A stretch of DNA of 64,000 nucleotides from Eledone cirrhosa (GCA_964016885.1 OZ024741.1:158100001-158164000), one strand, 5' to 3'; counted from the stretch's first letter, positions 40,018-53,555 are shown. Program-made: numbers and translations. Notes: a model not told the origin generated them from the letters alone.

Positions 40018-42401
40018 AATAATTACTACTCCTCCATCACTTTACCACTTCTCCTTAGAGCTATCAATTTCGCTAAAACACTCGCAGTGGTTAAGGATTT
40101 CGAAGTTGATGTCATCCTCAATGCCTGTAAATCGGTGATTAATTTCAACGACTCTATTTGGATTAAAAAATCCAATAGTACCCCATTCGACGTGAGTATG
40201 GGCGCCAGCGATTTTGCGGAGGTTACTGATCTTATCGGCCTTTTCCTTCTTTTCTCTATCAAGGAAGAATTCCCCAACGTGGGCGGTGGTTTGTACCGTG
40301 ATGATGGTCTTTTGCCCATGACTAAGTGCGGCCCACATGCTTGCGACAGGTTCAGAAAAGAACGCACAGCCTTCTTTAAAGGCTTCAACCTCTCCATACA
40401 GGTTGAGGCCAACCTCTCTGTCGTTAATTACCTCGACGTTACCCTCAATTTATCGAATGGCTTTCATTACCCGTATAGAAAATCGAATGTTACGATTAAT
40501 TACATAAGTAAGCTTTCTAACAATCCTGCCAGCATAACCAAGAACCTGGTAAGAAACGTTTCTTTGAGGCTTTCCCGTCTATCTACTAATGAGCATATTT
40601 TCAACGACCATTCCACTTATTACAATGAAGCTCTTGCTCGGAGTGGATTTGTCGATAAGGTAGCATATACAGAGTACGAGAATAGACCTAGAAGAAATAG
40701 ATCCCGACGCATTATATGGTATAACCCACTATATAATATGGAGGTGGCCACACCATTAGCTAAGATCTTTCTCTCCCTTATTATGAAGCATTTTCCCCCT
40801 ACACATAAATATAGTAAAATTTTTAATAGAAATACTATTAAAATTTCTTACTCTACGACTCCTAACCTTGCACATAACATCACAGCTTCAAATTTAGCTA
40901 AACTACCTAGCCGTAGGAACACGTGCAACCCTGTAGTTAGTACTAACTGTAATTGTAGGAATCGGGTTGATTGCCCCCTATCCGGGAAATGCCTCTCTAG
41001 TAACATTGTCTACAAATGTAAGGTTGAAATACCCACATCCCGTAGGGCCTACATAGGGTTAACCGCCAATAGATTCAAGCAGCGTCTTTACATGCATACC
41101 CATTCTTTTCGTTACCCTTTAAGAAGGAATATGACATCACTTTCAGCTTATATCTGGAGTCTAAAAGACAACCATACCCAATATAAGTTACACTGGGAGA
41201 TCCTAGATAGGGCTAGATCGTATAACGGAAATAAAAGACTGTGATCTCTGTGCCGCTGAGGCTCTGGAAATACTCTATGCCAAAGACCACATCTTAAACA
41301 AAAAATCTGAGGCAATTTCGGCTTGTAAACATAAATTGCACAAAACTTTCCTATATTACAGCCCTGCATTACACCCTAACGGATAGTACGAACTTTACGC
41401 AGATATTTTACGTCTTGATGTGGTAGCTAAGTATATGTTATGTTTATACCTTTACTTATTTGTATAGGTAAGTATATATTACCTGTATGCTTTATGAAGG
41501 TACGTATACTTCCTCGTACGTATATTTGATTGTATGTGTTATAGCGTATATATATATTCTGGTACATATGCTTTTGGTTATGTGTATACGTGAGTTTTGC
41601 GTCTGTGTGAGTATGCGGGTTCGTACGTATGTAGGGTGTGCGTATATGTGTACTTCGTGTTTTGGTTGATGTACGTCTCCGAACATATCTGTATTTACAT
41701 GTAGGTATGTGTGTGCGCTTGTTATATACGTATTTATTTAATTATATGTATACACGCACGCACACACACACATATATATGTATTAATATATATATTTTTA
41801 TATATATTTTTATGTGTATTTGGTGTATACATTCGTATGCGCGCGGGTACTGGCGTTGCGTGGGTTCTGTATGTGCGTGTGTGTTTTTTTTTTTTTGTTT
41901 TTTTTAGTGGACGTGCGTGTATTTGTATACCTATGGCGAGTGTTTTCGCGTATTCTTGTGTATGTACGTATATGGATGCGTGAATGTATTTATTTCAATT
42001 ACCTCTGTATTTTATTTACTTTATTCTTAACTCTGAAGCCGAGAATCATTCGGTTTCCTAGTTAGAATTTTAGTCTACGACTTCAGTTATACCATTTACG
42101 TGGTTTTGTCTTTGCGTGCAATTGTTCTCCCCGCACCACATATGACGTATTATCTTCGTTTTTTCCGCTCATTGCCTGAGAACGCCTCTATGAACCAGCT
42201 AATAGAATATTAGTCAACGGCTTCTTTTATACCATAAACGTTGTTCTGTCTGTGCGTGTAATTGTTTTTCACCGCACCAAATAATGACAATTATATTCGT
42301 TTTTTCCTGTTCTTTGCCAGGGAATGTTTCCACGAACCAAAGTATCGTCTTCCTGTCTTCCTCCAGTTGCAACGTTTTTTGAAATATTCACTTCTGCGTT
42401 C

Positions 42402-42477
42402 ACAGATTGACTTTGTTAGTTTCAGAAGATCCCGTTAAGGGTGAAAGCAGCGATTCTTTGCTTAAACTTTAATCTGT
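42402..42477 (+). ncRNA. Extended type I hammerhead fold with variant core CAGAAGA
   Basis: Stem I AGTTT/AAACT, 7-nt bulge, ACAGATTGA/TTAATCTGT; stem II t-CCC gttaa GGG-t; GAAA; stem III AGCAG/TTGCT; U17 at 42463. Confidence 0.65.
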
Positions 42478-42484
42478 TATTTTA

Positions 42485-42515
<31 letters not shown>

Positions 42516-42542
42516 AGTTACACAACAGTTGATACACCATTT

Positions 42543-42584
42543 CCGAGAACAATTTGTTTCACTTCAAACGGATCATCAGCTCGG
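42543..42584 (-). ncRNA. Minimal type I hammerhead in a PLE pseudo-LTR fragment
   Basis: Minus strand ccgag-CTGATGA-tccgtttgaagt-GAAA-caaattg-TT-ctcgg. Stem II is weak. Related to the 43.4/44.5 kb family. Confidence 0.6.
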
Positions 42585-42595
42585 GTTAAATGAGA

Positions 42596-42715
<120 letters not shown>

Positions 42716-42886
42716 GTATGCGATAGAATGGTTTTGAACCAGTCTGCATTTTGTATACATCTGATGAAGTGATGATCTGAGAGACAAGCTGTATGATTAC
42801 ATATTCAGAGCAGTTGTGAGCTTGTTGAAATAAATGATCATCACAAAATAAGCTAATTGATCTCATTGATATCTCTCCTCTGATAT

Positions 42887-42920
<34 letters not shown>

Positions 42921-43206
42921 TAAGAAAGCTCTACCTTTGTGATTCCACCGACGCAGACATGTATGTGTAACATTGCCAAAATTACATCATAAATAGATGC
43001 TCTCATTGATTTCTCTTTCTTTCTCTCCCTACTGTTGCCAAAATTTCATGTTATTTACATGTGTATATGTCTGTGTGACTATATATGTATGTATATATAT
43101 GTGTGTGCGTGTGCATGTACATATATATATATGTGTGTGTGTGTGTATATATATATATGTATGTATTTCCGGACTGCGGAAAGAAATTCTAGTCTTTCAT
43201 GAAGCA

Positions 43207-43282
<76 letters not shown>

Positions 43283-43285
<3 letters not shown>

Positions 43286-44576
43286 GTGGAACACTGGAAG
43301 GTAATATCCGTAGTGGTAGAATACTCAGTCTATGGGACGAGTTAGGTAGAAGTGGTTACACAACAGTTAGTTCACCATACCGAGAACAATTGTTTCACCT
43401 TAGCGGATCCTCAGCTCGTAATGGACATGGTTATATGGAACAGGAAGGACAAACGCGCATGCGCAGAAACCCGTCATTTCACACAGGCAATACTAAAATG
43501 CGCGAGTGGTGTAAGGGAGATAACTGTGAAAGTCCAAAAAGTTTCTAGTTGATAAGAAAATTATGATGTTGTAATTCAACCCGGAGCTTTGTAGTTATGC
43601 AAGAGGTGTTTTGAGACGTGTGGACAACATGTGAAGAATTCATTTCTCATGTTTAGGCAATCACTATTGCATAATCTCTTTAGAATATTTATTCGTTCAT
43701 CAATACATAATCCACACGACGGATTTCCCCTTGCGTATGGCTTTCCATTGAATGGAGTAGTCTATACTTGAGTCCTTGAGGTACCATACGTGGCTCGCGA
43801 GTTTCGTGGATGAACGTCTGTCCGGGTACCTAAAGGTCAACTGGTGGTTCAGGAAACGTTCCTTAAATCGGCCCTCCGCCATACCCATATAGGATTTGAC
43901 CTCCTGTGGTTGATTTGGTTGGTTGGAAGTGACCACAGCTTCATAAATTACAGCGGGTGTGTTGCATTGCTGTTGAAAGGGACAAGCTTCGGGCTTACGG
44001 CAAGAGCACCCTGGGTATGGCGGAGGGCTGATTTAAGGAACGTTTCCTGAACCACCAGTCGACCTTTAGGTACCCGGACAGACATTCATCCACGAAACTC
44101 GCGAGCCACGTATGGTCCCTCAAGGACTCAAGTATAGACTACTCCATTCTATGGAAAGCCATCACTAAGTCCAAGCCATACGCAAGGGGAAATCCGTCGT
44201 GTGGCTTATGTATTGATGAATGAATAAATATTCTAAAGAGATTATGCAATAGTGATTGCCTAAATACGAGAAATGAATTCTTCACACGTTGTCCACACGT
44301 CTCAAAACACCTCTTGCATAACTACAAAGCTCCGGATTGAATTACATCATAATTTTCTTATCAACTAAAAACTTTTCGGACTTTCGCAGTTATCTCCCTT
44401 ACACCTCTCGCATGCATTTTAGTATTGCCTTTGTGAAGCGACCGGTTTCTGCGCATGCGCGTTCGTACGGTTGTCCTTCCTGTTCCGTATAACCATGTCC
44501 ATTACAAGCTGAGGATCCGCTAAGGTGAAACAATTGTTCTCGGTATGGTGAACTAACTGTTGTGTAACCACTTCTA
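43283..44576. mobile_element. Inverted-duplicated PLE 3' portion (GIY-YIG plus pseudo-LTR), arms 43347-43887 and 44012-44576
   Basis: Minus strand reads GCSCRKPEACPF...AVIYEAVV...SYMGMAEGRFKERFLNHQ...TKLASHVW. The right arm is its reverse complement. Confidence 0.9.
43381..43418 (-). ncRNA. Minimal type I hammerhead
   Basis: cgag-CTGAGGA-t-cc gctaa gg-t-GAAA-caattg-TT-ctcg, with palindromic ACAATTGT stem III. Mirror copy on the plus strand at 44505-44542. Confidence 0.7.
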
Positions 44577-44591
44577 TATATATATATATAT

Positions 44592-44885
44592 AAAAGGGTA
44601 AAAGGTAAAGACCCCCTCCGGTCATGAATGACTGGGATTTCCACCTAGAAAATTCTCCTCTGAGGCACAAGCCTGAGCAAGGATGTTTGTAGAAGATCAG
44701 CAGTCGCCCATGCATACCAGTCTCCCCTTTCCATGCTACAGTTGTTTTGAAAGGTACTGCTGATGCAGCTTAGCACCAGTGACATCAAAACTCATTTCTA
44801 CAGCTGACTGAACTGGAGCAATGAAAATATAGTGTCTCCCTCAAAGGAATCAAACTCACAATCTCGCGATTGTAAGCCTGGACCC
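44592..44885 (-). mobile_element. SINE with CORE-like block and a third body, tail tttacctttt
   Basis: Shares ttgctccagttcagtcagctgtagaaatgag with families B and D. The 3' half differs. Confidence 0.6.
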
Positions 44886-45509
44886 TTCATATATGTATAT
44901 GTATGTATATATATATATAAATATATATAAAATAGCCATCCTCATCATTTCCATACCTCTCATTTTGTAACACTCCACGCCGTCCTAACACCCCGCACTC
45001 CACCTACATCCTAGCACCCCACACTCCACCCAGGTTCTAACACCCCACCTCTCACCCATTCCCCTAGATCTACCTCTCCAATATTATCCCTTTTGTTAGT
45101 ATTTTTCTATTGAAAAACACGGCCTATGGTTTTCAAACAATTTTGAAAATAATCAAGAATTTTGTGTGATTTGATAATATAACTAACTTTTCCATTATTA
45201 AACTGGTATTTGGAACATAACAGCATATGTCCTTATGGTGGAAGGTTTTTAGTTATAATAAACACTTTAACTTTTGTGTTACCATATTTTAATGACAGGC
45301 ATAATATTTGAATTACTTAAGAAGGATTTACTAAAATTATTGATTATTTTATTAAGATTGTATTTGTAATATAACATAAGAAAAGGTTCTTATATCAAAT
45401 TAATGTTTGGGAGATATTAATTTAAATACAAACCCCTTTTAAATGTGTGGTTTTGTTTCATAAAACTAGAGGCTACTTTGGGTGGGTAGGTTGGTTGGTA
45501 TTAAAAGGG

Positions 45510-45800
45510 TCTCTGGAGTGACATTACTCGGTAGAGTGTGTAGCTCTACTAGAACTGCTACTTCTCTGAATTGGTTAGAATGTCTAAGGAAAGAATCGCT
45601 GGACAGAACCAATCTGCAGGAGATCCAGGGAGAGATCCCAAGCAGGATGGTTGGATAACATCCATAAGCTGGGGTGGTTTTGCTTGGGGATCCAGTCAGA
45701 TCAATCGGAGCTGGTTACTTCTGACAGGACCCCGCTGGAAGGCATGCTTGAAGACTCTGCCCCACCGACTCTCCTAGGAATAAGTGGGTGAAGAAGAAGG
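45510..45800 (+). mobile_element. Decayed RTE 3' end
   Basis: Remnant RRSRG-P-GWLDNI-like motif and (GAA)n tail. Confidence 0.4.
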
Positions 45801-46326
45801 TATTCAAAAGGGTTGTGTGTATGTGTTTGTGTATAGTTTTCTGATTCTGTGTGAGTGAGTTTAGTGGGGTGGTAGTAACTGATAATATATTAGAAGATAA
45901 ATAAAAACAAAAAGCAGCATTTTGTCAATTATTGGGACTTATCAAGTTGAGTGAGTTTTACTTGTATTACTGCTGGAGGTTAAAGTTGGAGTGAATGACT
46001 CATTGACCTAGTTTGGGTGCACAGTTTTAACAACAACAACAACATCATCAATAACAATAATAATAACAAAATGAAACTAAAATAATTCAGAGGTCACGGA
46101 CAGTTCCTCCCTACCCCAGAATGGTTGTGCACATAAAAAAATTTGAAGCTAGAGAAAAGTTTGTCAGAATATTGTGTGTGTGTTAGATTAACTAGGAAAC
46201 CATTTGCTAATGGTATAGTGGGTGGATGAGCAAGATCTTCTCCAGCACATGTCTGCTGGAAAGAGAGAGCTGGCTAGTAACAGAGAGATGGGTGGAAGGT
46301 TAAAGAGAATGATGGGTCTTAATAAT

Positions 46327-46514
46327 TGTTTCTACTTTTGGCACAAGGCCAGCAATTATCCCAGTGTATTACTGGTACTTTATTTTATCGACCCTGTAAG
46401 GATGAAAGGCAAAGTTAACCTCGGCAGGATTTGAACTCAGATCATAAAGGGAGGTAACTCTATACGTCAAAGCTTGGTGTCCGACCCTCTACTGATACTG
46501 CCAATCCACCGCCC
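46327..46514 (-). mobile_element. SINE family A with TSD
   Basis: TCTTAATAAT at 46317-46326 and 46515-46524. Confidence 0.9.
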
Positions 46515-47799
46515 TCTTAATAATGACTACTCTGTGAGTAGGGGGAGGAAGGCATTTCTGGATTAAATCCTATTGAGGCTCTAGGCACTTAAAAAGATTA
46601 TGATGTGCCCCATATATAAAATTTGCAAAAAAAAAAAAATTGGGGGAATGACAAATACATTTCATTTTAGCCATGTGCTTAATTTGACTTAAGGTTAACC
46701 CAGTCCTGTAGAAAGGAAGCAATAGAAAGAGTGATGTTAATGTATGAAACAGGGGCAGATTCAATGAAGAAGTCACTTTTTGCATTGGCAACATATGGGG
46801 AGAGAAGGGTAGAAAGATAAGAGTGGTGGTAGGGAAAAAGGGTTGACTATGGACAGGTGTAATGCTATCCTTTGTTGCAGTTGATCCCTGTCCCCTGCCT
46901 CCCATATAATGACTAGGATAAAAGAAATGAAATTTACAGGTCACACACACCTATGATGTTCAGCTGGACTCTTCTGAATGTGTATCTCATATGAGGTTTC
47001 TTGGGTATTTTAATGATAATGGTTAGGTTGTTGGACTCGTGACCATAAGGTTGTGGGTTTGGTTCCTGGACTGGAGGGCACATTTTATTCTTAAGATGCT
47101 TCACTTTATTTTGTTTTTCGTGATAAGACTGGGGCCTTTATCATTAAAACACCCAAGAAACCTCCACAGGAGACCAGCTAAACATGTTAGTTTGTGAACT
47201 GTGAATTACATTTTCTTCTTTTCATTTCTTTTCATTTCTATTGTGTAATACAGTAATATATATTTATATATTACTGTATTACACAACAGATTACGATCAA
47301 GAGCTGAATACCGTAGCCATTAAGCCACATGCCTTCCACACACTCACATATATACATACACATTTATTCATATGAATGCATAACCACACACACATACATA
47401 TACACACACACATACACATATACATACACACATGCGCATATGCATACATATATAAATACATACATATGCTCTTTATATGTGTGTAGATATGTGCACATCT
47501 GTCTCTGTGTATGTGTACATGTGAATGTGTGTATATGTGAACCTATAGCGGTGGAGGTATCCAGAGTTTTTGTTCGCTGCTGGGGGTAGGACAGAGTTGG
47601 CCACCTGCTTGAGTGAAATATGCAAGTTAAAATGGCTATTTCAACACATTTCATCCCCTATTGCTATCTTTCAGTGTAATGGTTCCTCCATTCTATCTGC
47701 TGGGACCAGAAGGCTGCTTGTGCCAGCTACTGTTCTCCCACATTGTGCAGACAAATATCATTGGGGAAGTGATGGTATAGGATATTATCTACGGCTGTC

Positions 47800-47843
<44 letters not shown>

Positions 47844-48094
47844 TGATGGCTGTTATTACATACACATAGACGCCCACATATGAGATGCAAATGCAATAGT
47901 TATTTTATCTGAGGTGTGACTCTATATTCTGTGTTTGTTTGTGTGTGTTTATGTTCTGTATGTACGTGTGTGTGTGGTATGTGGGTGGGTGCACGTGTGT
48001 TAAACAAGTTAATTGTGAACTGTCATTCCATTCATGACTTTACATCATGTTCAACTCAATTGACTTAGAATTGGTAGTAGTAGGAGGAGGAGAC

Positions 48095-48127
<33 letters not shown>

Positions 48128-49009
48128 TAGTAACAGAGTGGGAGGATGTGAATTAATAGAAGGGAATGTCAGTGTATGTGAGAGAGAGAGAGAGAGGAAG
48201 TAGGTGTGGAAGTGTGAAGGCAACCATACACTTATGGATAAATGTTAGTTCAAAAGTGTGTATAACCAAGGGAGATTTTACACACACACACATACACACA
48301 CATATACATACACACATACACACATACACACATACACATCCACACACATACACGCGAACATGAGAATATAATTATATGATGACAGGCAATATACATCATG
48401 GTTAAATGCACATTTATACATACATGCATTGACAAGACTCCACATACCCAATGACCCACTTGCACACACACATATTCACACCCTACATACACATATATAC
48501 ACCCACACATATACTCACAAAAGCATATAGAAATCTGCCCATATGCACACACACACACACACACAGACACACACACACACACCCACACAGATACACACAC
48601 ATACACAGATTATTCATTAGAATGGCAGAGAGGAAATTAACCTATCTTCAGTTGTTCTCTCTCTAAAGATTTTCGTCAGTTGTGAATGGATTGTATAAGA
48701 TAACAGATGATACAAAAGAGGGAGGGGGGGGGGGTGTTATATATGTGTGTATGTGTGTGTGTATATGTGTGTGTGTGTGTGCACATATACATAAATATAT
48801 ACATGCACACACAGATATATATATATATATATATACACGCACACACACACACAAATACATGTATATCATCACCACTGCCGTTTAACATGCATTTTCCATG
48901 TTTGCATGTGTTAGATAGTTGTCACTTTGTGAGATAAGTCATATCAGGTGACAGTGTCTTGTTCATCTGGAACTGAACTTGGTTTCTATGGTTCCGAATG
49001 CCAGACACA

Positions 49010-49500
49010 TCATAGTGTGGACAAGGTGGACTGGGAGTTTTTTCTCATGTTACCAGCCTGACCATCTTACAGGATAGATTGGATGCTTTTTTTTGTCATG
49101 GCACCAAAACAATCTTCTGACAGGGTGGACTGGGTGTTTTTTTGTCGTGTTACCAGCCTGACAGTCTTACAGAGTAGATTGGATGCTTTTTGTTGTGGCA
49201 CCAAAACAATCTTCTGACAAGCTGGACTGGGTGTTTCTTGTGTTACCAGCCTGACCATCTTACAGGGTAGACTGGGTGCTTTTTGTTGTGTCACCAGCAC
49301 AACCAGCTTACAACATAGAACTGGGTGCTTTTTGTCATATCACCAACACAACCACCTTACAGTATAGGAATTGGTGCTTTTTGTTGTATCCCCAGCATGT
49401 CCACCTTACAAGGTTGACTGGGGGATTTTTGCTGTTTCATCAGCGCAGTTGCCTTACAGGGTGGACTAAGTGCTTTTTGTCATGGCAGCAGCCTTACTGC
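49010..49500. repeat. Tandem array of about 45-bp units related to the SINE-B/RTE body
   Basis: Unit acagggtggactgggtgctttttgtcatggcacc resembles acagtgagtgctgggtgttttttgccgtggcacc of SINE B. Confidence 0.75.
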
Positions 49501-51449
49501 AAGAGCAGGTGAGGTGCCTGTTCAGCTCTCCATGCATGGGTTAGACAGGAGAAGTGTATCAAAGAGTATAGAAGGAAGGGGTGGGGGAGGGTGATGGAGC
49601 GTGTATGCAGGATGAGGATTGGAGAGTGAGCAAAGGAGGTCTAAAAGTGGGATACTGAGCTGGGGAGGAGGTGGGGTGAATATCAAGATGCAGGACAGTG
49701 TATGGGCAGGGGAGGGGATGATTGGTGCAAACCTTTGTCCTCAAGATGTTTACTTCATCTTGTGCACATAGGAAGTTGAGTCTTCTGCATGTCTTTAATG
49801 TATACAGTATTCAGCCAGTGTGAGTTGGAGCCACACAGGTGATGGTCTCCCCTTTTTTCCATCCAGGGATTTATATGCCCAACTATTTTTCATAGTAATG
49901 ATTGTGCATTGAAATCATTAACTTGCTCAACAATTCTAAAAATAAACTGTAATATATATCAAAATGGAAGATTTAAGCAAGATATATGGTCATCTGACAT
50001 TTCAGAATGTGATAATTCATCCAACTCATCCAACAGCATGGAAAATAGTCATAAAATGATGATGTATCTCTGTAAGAGGTAACCACAAGTTAAAAAAGAT
50101 ACTCAGTATTTATTTTATTATAGAAATGACTTCTACAGGCCTTTCATTCATAAGAAATCATCAGGAAAATCTATATCTATCTATCTATCTATTTATCTAT
50201 CTATCTACATATATACATACATAATTCTAACAGGAAAAATACAAACAAAGAATTAATGCATTTTTCCAATTTATTTTATTTTTATTTTACAAATTTACTA
50301 TTTGTGCTTTAGTTTTTAGTTATTCTTTTTTCATATAATAGAGAGCTAAATAATTAATTACTTTTGACATCTGTTTTTTTTTTATCTTGTTCAACACATT
50401 CTTAATTACTTTTTTTAATCAGTAAATTATTCTATTTTGGATTTTCATGAATTCAGTAATTTTTTTTTTTTTTCCCCATTTTCACTTAATACCAAATTGC
50501 CTGAAACTGACCCTGGTTCTACAATCAAAACTGTTTTTACGTTTTTAGTGCTAGTGTCATGATAAAATGCACTCAGTAGAGCACGGGATCATATTTAATC
50601 GTGATACAGGCCCCCCAGCCTATCTGAGAGGTTAGCAGTCCCGCTTGAGTATGACTTAGTCTGTGAAGACCCCATCCAACTTTTACTAGCAGGGAAAACT
50701 GACCTTAAATGATGATCATGATTATGCTTACCCTACTTCTAATGCTATATAAACTTTTCAATTAGTTGATAAAGAATTTGGAGTGATTCATCAAAATTAT
50801 TAATTATTTCATTACTAAGATTGTAGCTTAACATATACTTATTATTTAAAATTGTTGAAAAATTTAAATTTAAATTGGAACCCTTTAAAATTGGTGGCTT
50901 TGTATCGTAGAACCAGGGCCATTTTTGGCTGGATTGGTATTAAGGTATTAAAGTTTTAAAGTTTATATTTATGTAAAAGAAAAAAAAAATCATCATTTTA
51001 TGTAAGAACTTTTATTAAGATATGTTCCAAACTTCAGCTTAACAATTAATGAGAAAGTGATATCACTAAATCTCTTTAAATTTTTTATTATATTTTCCAA
51101 ATAATTTGAAAACTATAGGTAGTGTCTCTCTTTAGAAATATGATAATGAAATGGTTAATCTCTGAGAATATTTTAAAGGGATGATGCATTTTGCCCAGTT
51201 TTGTGGTATGGTAAATCTCTCCATCTGGATAAAAAAGGAAACGGCAGTAATCTGACAGGATTCCTCCCAACAGGAATCCAAGTATTTGGCCCAGAAATAC
51301 AATATAATGCTTACAGTTGATTTAACCATATGATCTATGAGTTTGTAGTCTAATAGCTTATTTTTTTAATGGTTTAGTTGAAAAGAAATGGGCTGTTTCT
51401 ATGACCTCCTTTCACCCACTGTCATTCATGAGATTGGTGAAGTCAGTGT

Positions 51450-51830
51450 TTAAACTAAACAACTGTCAAATTTGCATGAAGGGAATTTTGGAGGTATACA
51501 TTCTGAGGAGGAAGAGTTGGTAAAGTGGGCTAATAAGCAATCTTGGAGAATACATAGTAAGAACCCCTTGCAGTATTGGTAGAAGAGGTAGAAGGAGGAG
51601 AGAGCCAAACCTATGGAGATATGAGCTACAACAATATTGAGGTAGTAGTAGCTGAAGGTAAATATAGAAACCATGTGAAACTGACAGCAGCCTGATGACG
51701 TTTGCCATCCCCAACATACCAGTAATTAGAGCAGGAGGGTGGTTATTTTACTGGGGGAGCTGGGTATGGTTTTGAAGGACATAATTGAATTAGATTTATG
51801 TCTGGTGTAGTATTTGTCTGGTGGTTGGGG
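51450..51830 (-). mobile_element. Possible decayed L2/CR1-group 3' coding remnant
   Basis: LSSFYLFYQYCKG resembles the L2/Crack C-terminal LSLFYRYF-G motif. Heavily frameshifted. Confidence 0.3.
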
Positions 51831-53369
51831 TGGATTGTAGGATTATGGTTTGCATTTTCTTCAGTTCGTGAATAGCATGGGTTTAGTGTTTAAATTCTAG
51901 TTAAGGCAAATGAAAGTCTTAGCTATATATCATGCATGGGGGAAAGTGTTAAAGTATTTGCTTGAGGGGAGAATAGAGCTGACATTATTGACTGGTCATG
52001 TAATGTTACAAGAAGCTCATTGGCTCATTCAGTCTTTTATACTGATACTTTGAATATTTCTACCATCTTGATGTGCAGAATATAATCAATAATCTAATAT
52101 TGATTGATATTGTAATGCACACATACATGTGCGCACGAACAAGGATAGCACTATATACATGCATGTGTTTACATATATATGTGTGTGTGTGTGTATATAT
52201 GTATGTATATACATATGCATATGTGTGTGTGTGTGTGTGTGTATATATGTGTGTTGATTTGTGTGAAATTTAAATTAGATCAAACCTCATGTTTCGTTAA
52301 CTTCTTTTAACATAAGTGATTTAATTTTGTTTTGACTTTTCTCAACAAAACCAACACAACAACGACAACTACCAAACCTCTACAGATATGTCGTGAAATT
52401 AGTTTAACCCCATATAGTACACATGCCTCAATTGTTTTGTTGTTCTTTACCATATGCTTCATTTGGTTTTCTGTTCTGGCTTTTTTAGTGTGTGGTGGTA
52501 GGGTGGAGTTTGATATAGTAAAAATTGAATCTGAAATCTTGGAAAGTTTTTTTTTTTTTTTTTTTTCTGATACAAAATATATGGAGAGAAAACAAAAATG
52601 GGGAAAGGCAATAAAGAAAACCTAGCATTCAACTTTATTGATCTTTTACAGATATGAAATCTCAACTATATAATGGAGTGGAGTGGGGTGACATTAATGT
52701 AACATTTGTGCCTTTCCTGAGATTTTACAGCTGAGAATTCATCATCATCAGTTTTATGTATTCTTTTCCATTCTGGCATTAGTTTGACAGGTTATTACTG
52801 ACCAAATTAGTACTTGGAACTACTGCCCTTCTAGATAAGTCAGAGAACTGTTTCTCACTCAGATGTATTTCATCTTGGCATGGTTTCTACTGCTGAATGC
52901 CCTTCCTAATTTCAACCACTTTACAGTGTATACTGGTTGCATTATACTGTGATACCAACACTAGAGAGGTTGTCTTGTGTTCTTAGAACTATTAAAACTG
53001 ATTGGGTTTACTGAGCATATACTCATAATGAGTCATTTGAGCATTAGATTAAATGTCTCCTCTTGGCACTGTGAGTTCTAATCTCACCACTTTTGCCTGC
53101 AATTAAGTGTTTGGAGTAAATCTAAGTCATAAGGGGACAGACTGCAGAAAAAGAAACATGGTATTCGTCCATCTCCTTATCTATAGCCCATATTGAAATA
53201 GGAATGTTACATAACAACCTCATTACCTAAGATGCTGTCTGATGAAGTCATGTTGGTGGTTGCATGATGACTGCATTGTTTAATCATGAACACCTCAGAA
53301 ATATGTATAACAGCAGATTCTGAATAAAATAAGTTATGAATATCTACATCGGGGCTCTTGCAGTTAACA

Positions 53370-53555
53370 TTGGATTGGCAGTATCGGTAGAAAGTCGGAC
53401 GCCATGCTTTGACGCATAGTTACGGCCCTTGCCATTCTGAGTTCAAATCTCGCCGAGGTTAACTTTGCCTTTCATCCTTATGGGGTCGATACAATAAAGT
53501 ACCAGTAATACACTGGTTAATTGCTGGCCTTGTGCCAAAAGTAGAAACAATTATT
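53370..53555 (+). mobile_element. SINE family A
   Basis: Complete head-body-tail. Confidence 0.9.

Larger units (their letters stand above)
39515..42490 (+). mobile_element. 5'-truncated Penelope-like element: RT, Cys linker, GIY-YIG, long 3' UTR (probably Hydra clade)
   Basis: FDVSMGASD, GGLYRDDGL, VNYLDVTLNL, IIWYNP, FNRNTIKISYS, CNCRNRVDCPLSGKC, IVYKC...AYIGLT..RFKQR...H, then a frameshifted CDLC..E...LNKKSE....CKH. Inserted between (TA)n runs. Confidence 0.9.

Noticed and set aside
39976-40020. ATG start of the 422-aa ORF
   Set aside because: It comes from the nested SINE. The element is 5'-truncated.
41236-41250. In-frame TGA near Cys motifs as possible selenocysteine recoding
   Set aside because: CDLC continues in another frame, so this is a simple frameshift and the TGA is not at a Cys position.
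46655-46705. Strong minus-strand acceptor followed by TGLTLSQIKHMAKMK
   Set aside because: No convincing donor and no phase link to the other exons.
51175-51330. Short unique coding-looking stretch (…GIQVFGPEIQYN…)
   Set aside because: Bounded by stops with weak splice signals. The resemblance to exon C (GPEI) is too short to be meaningful.
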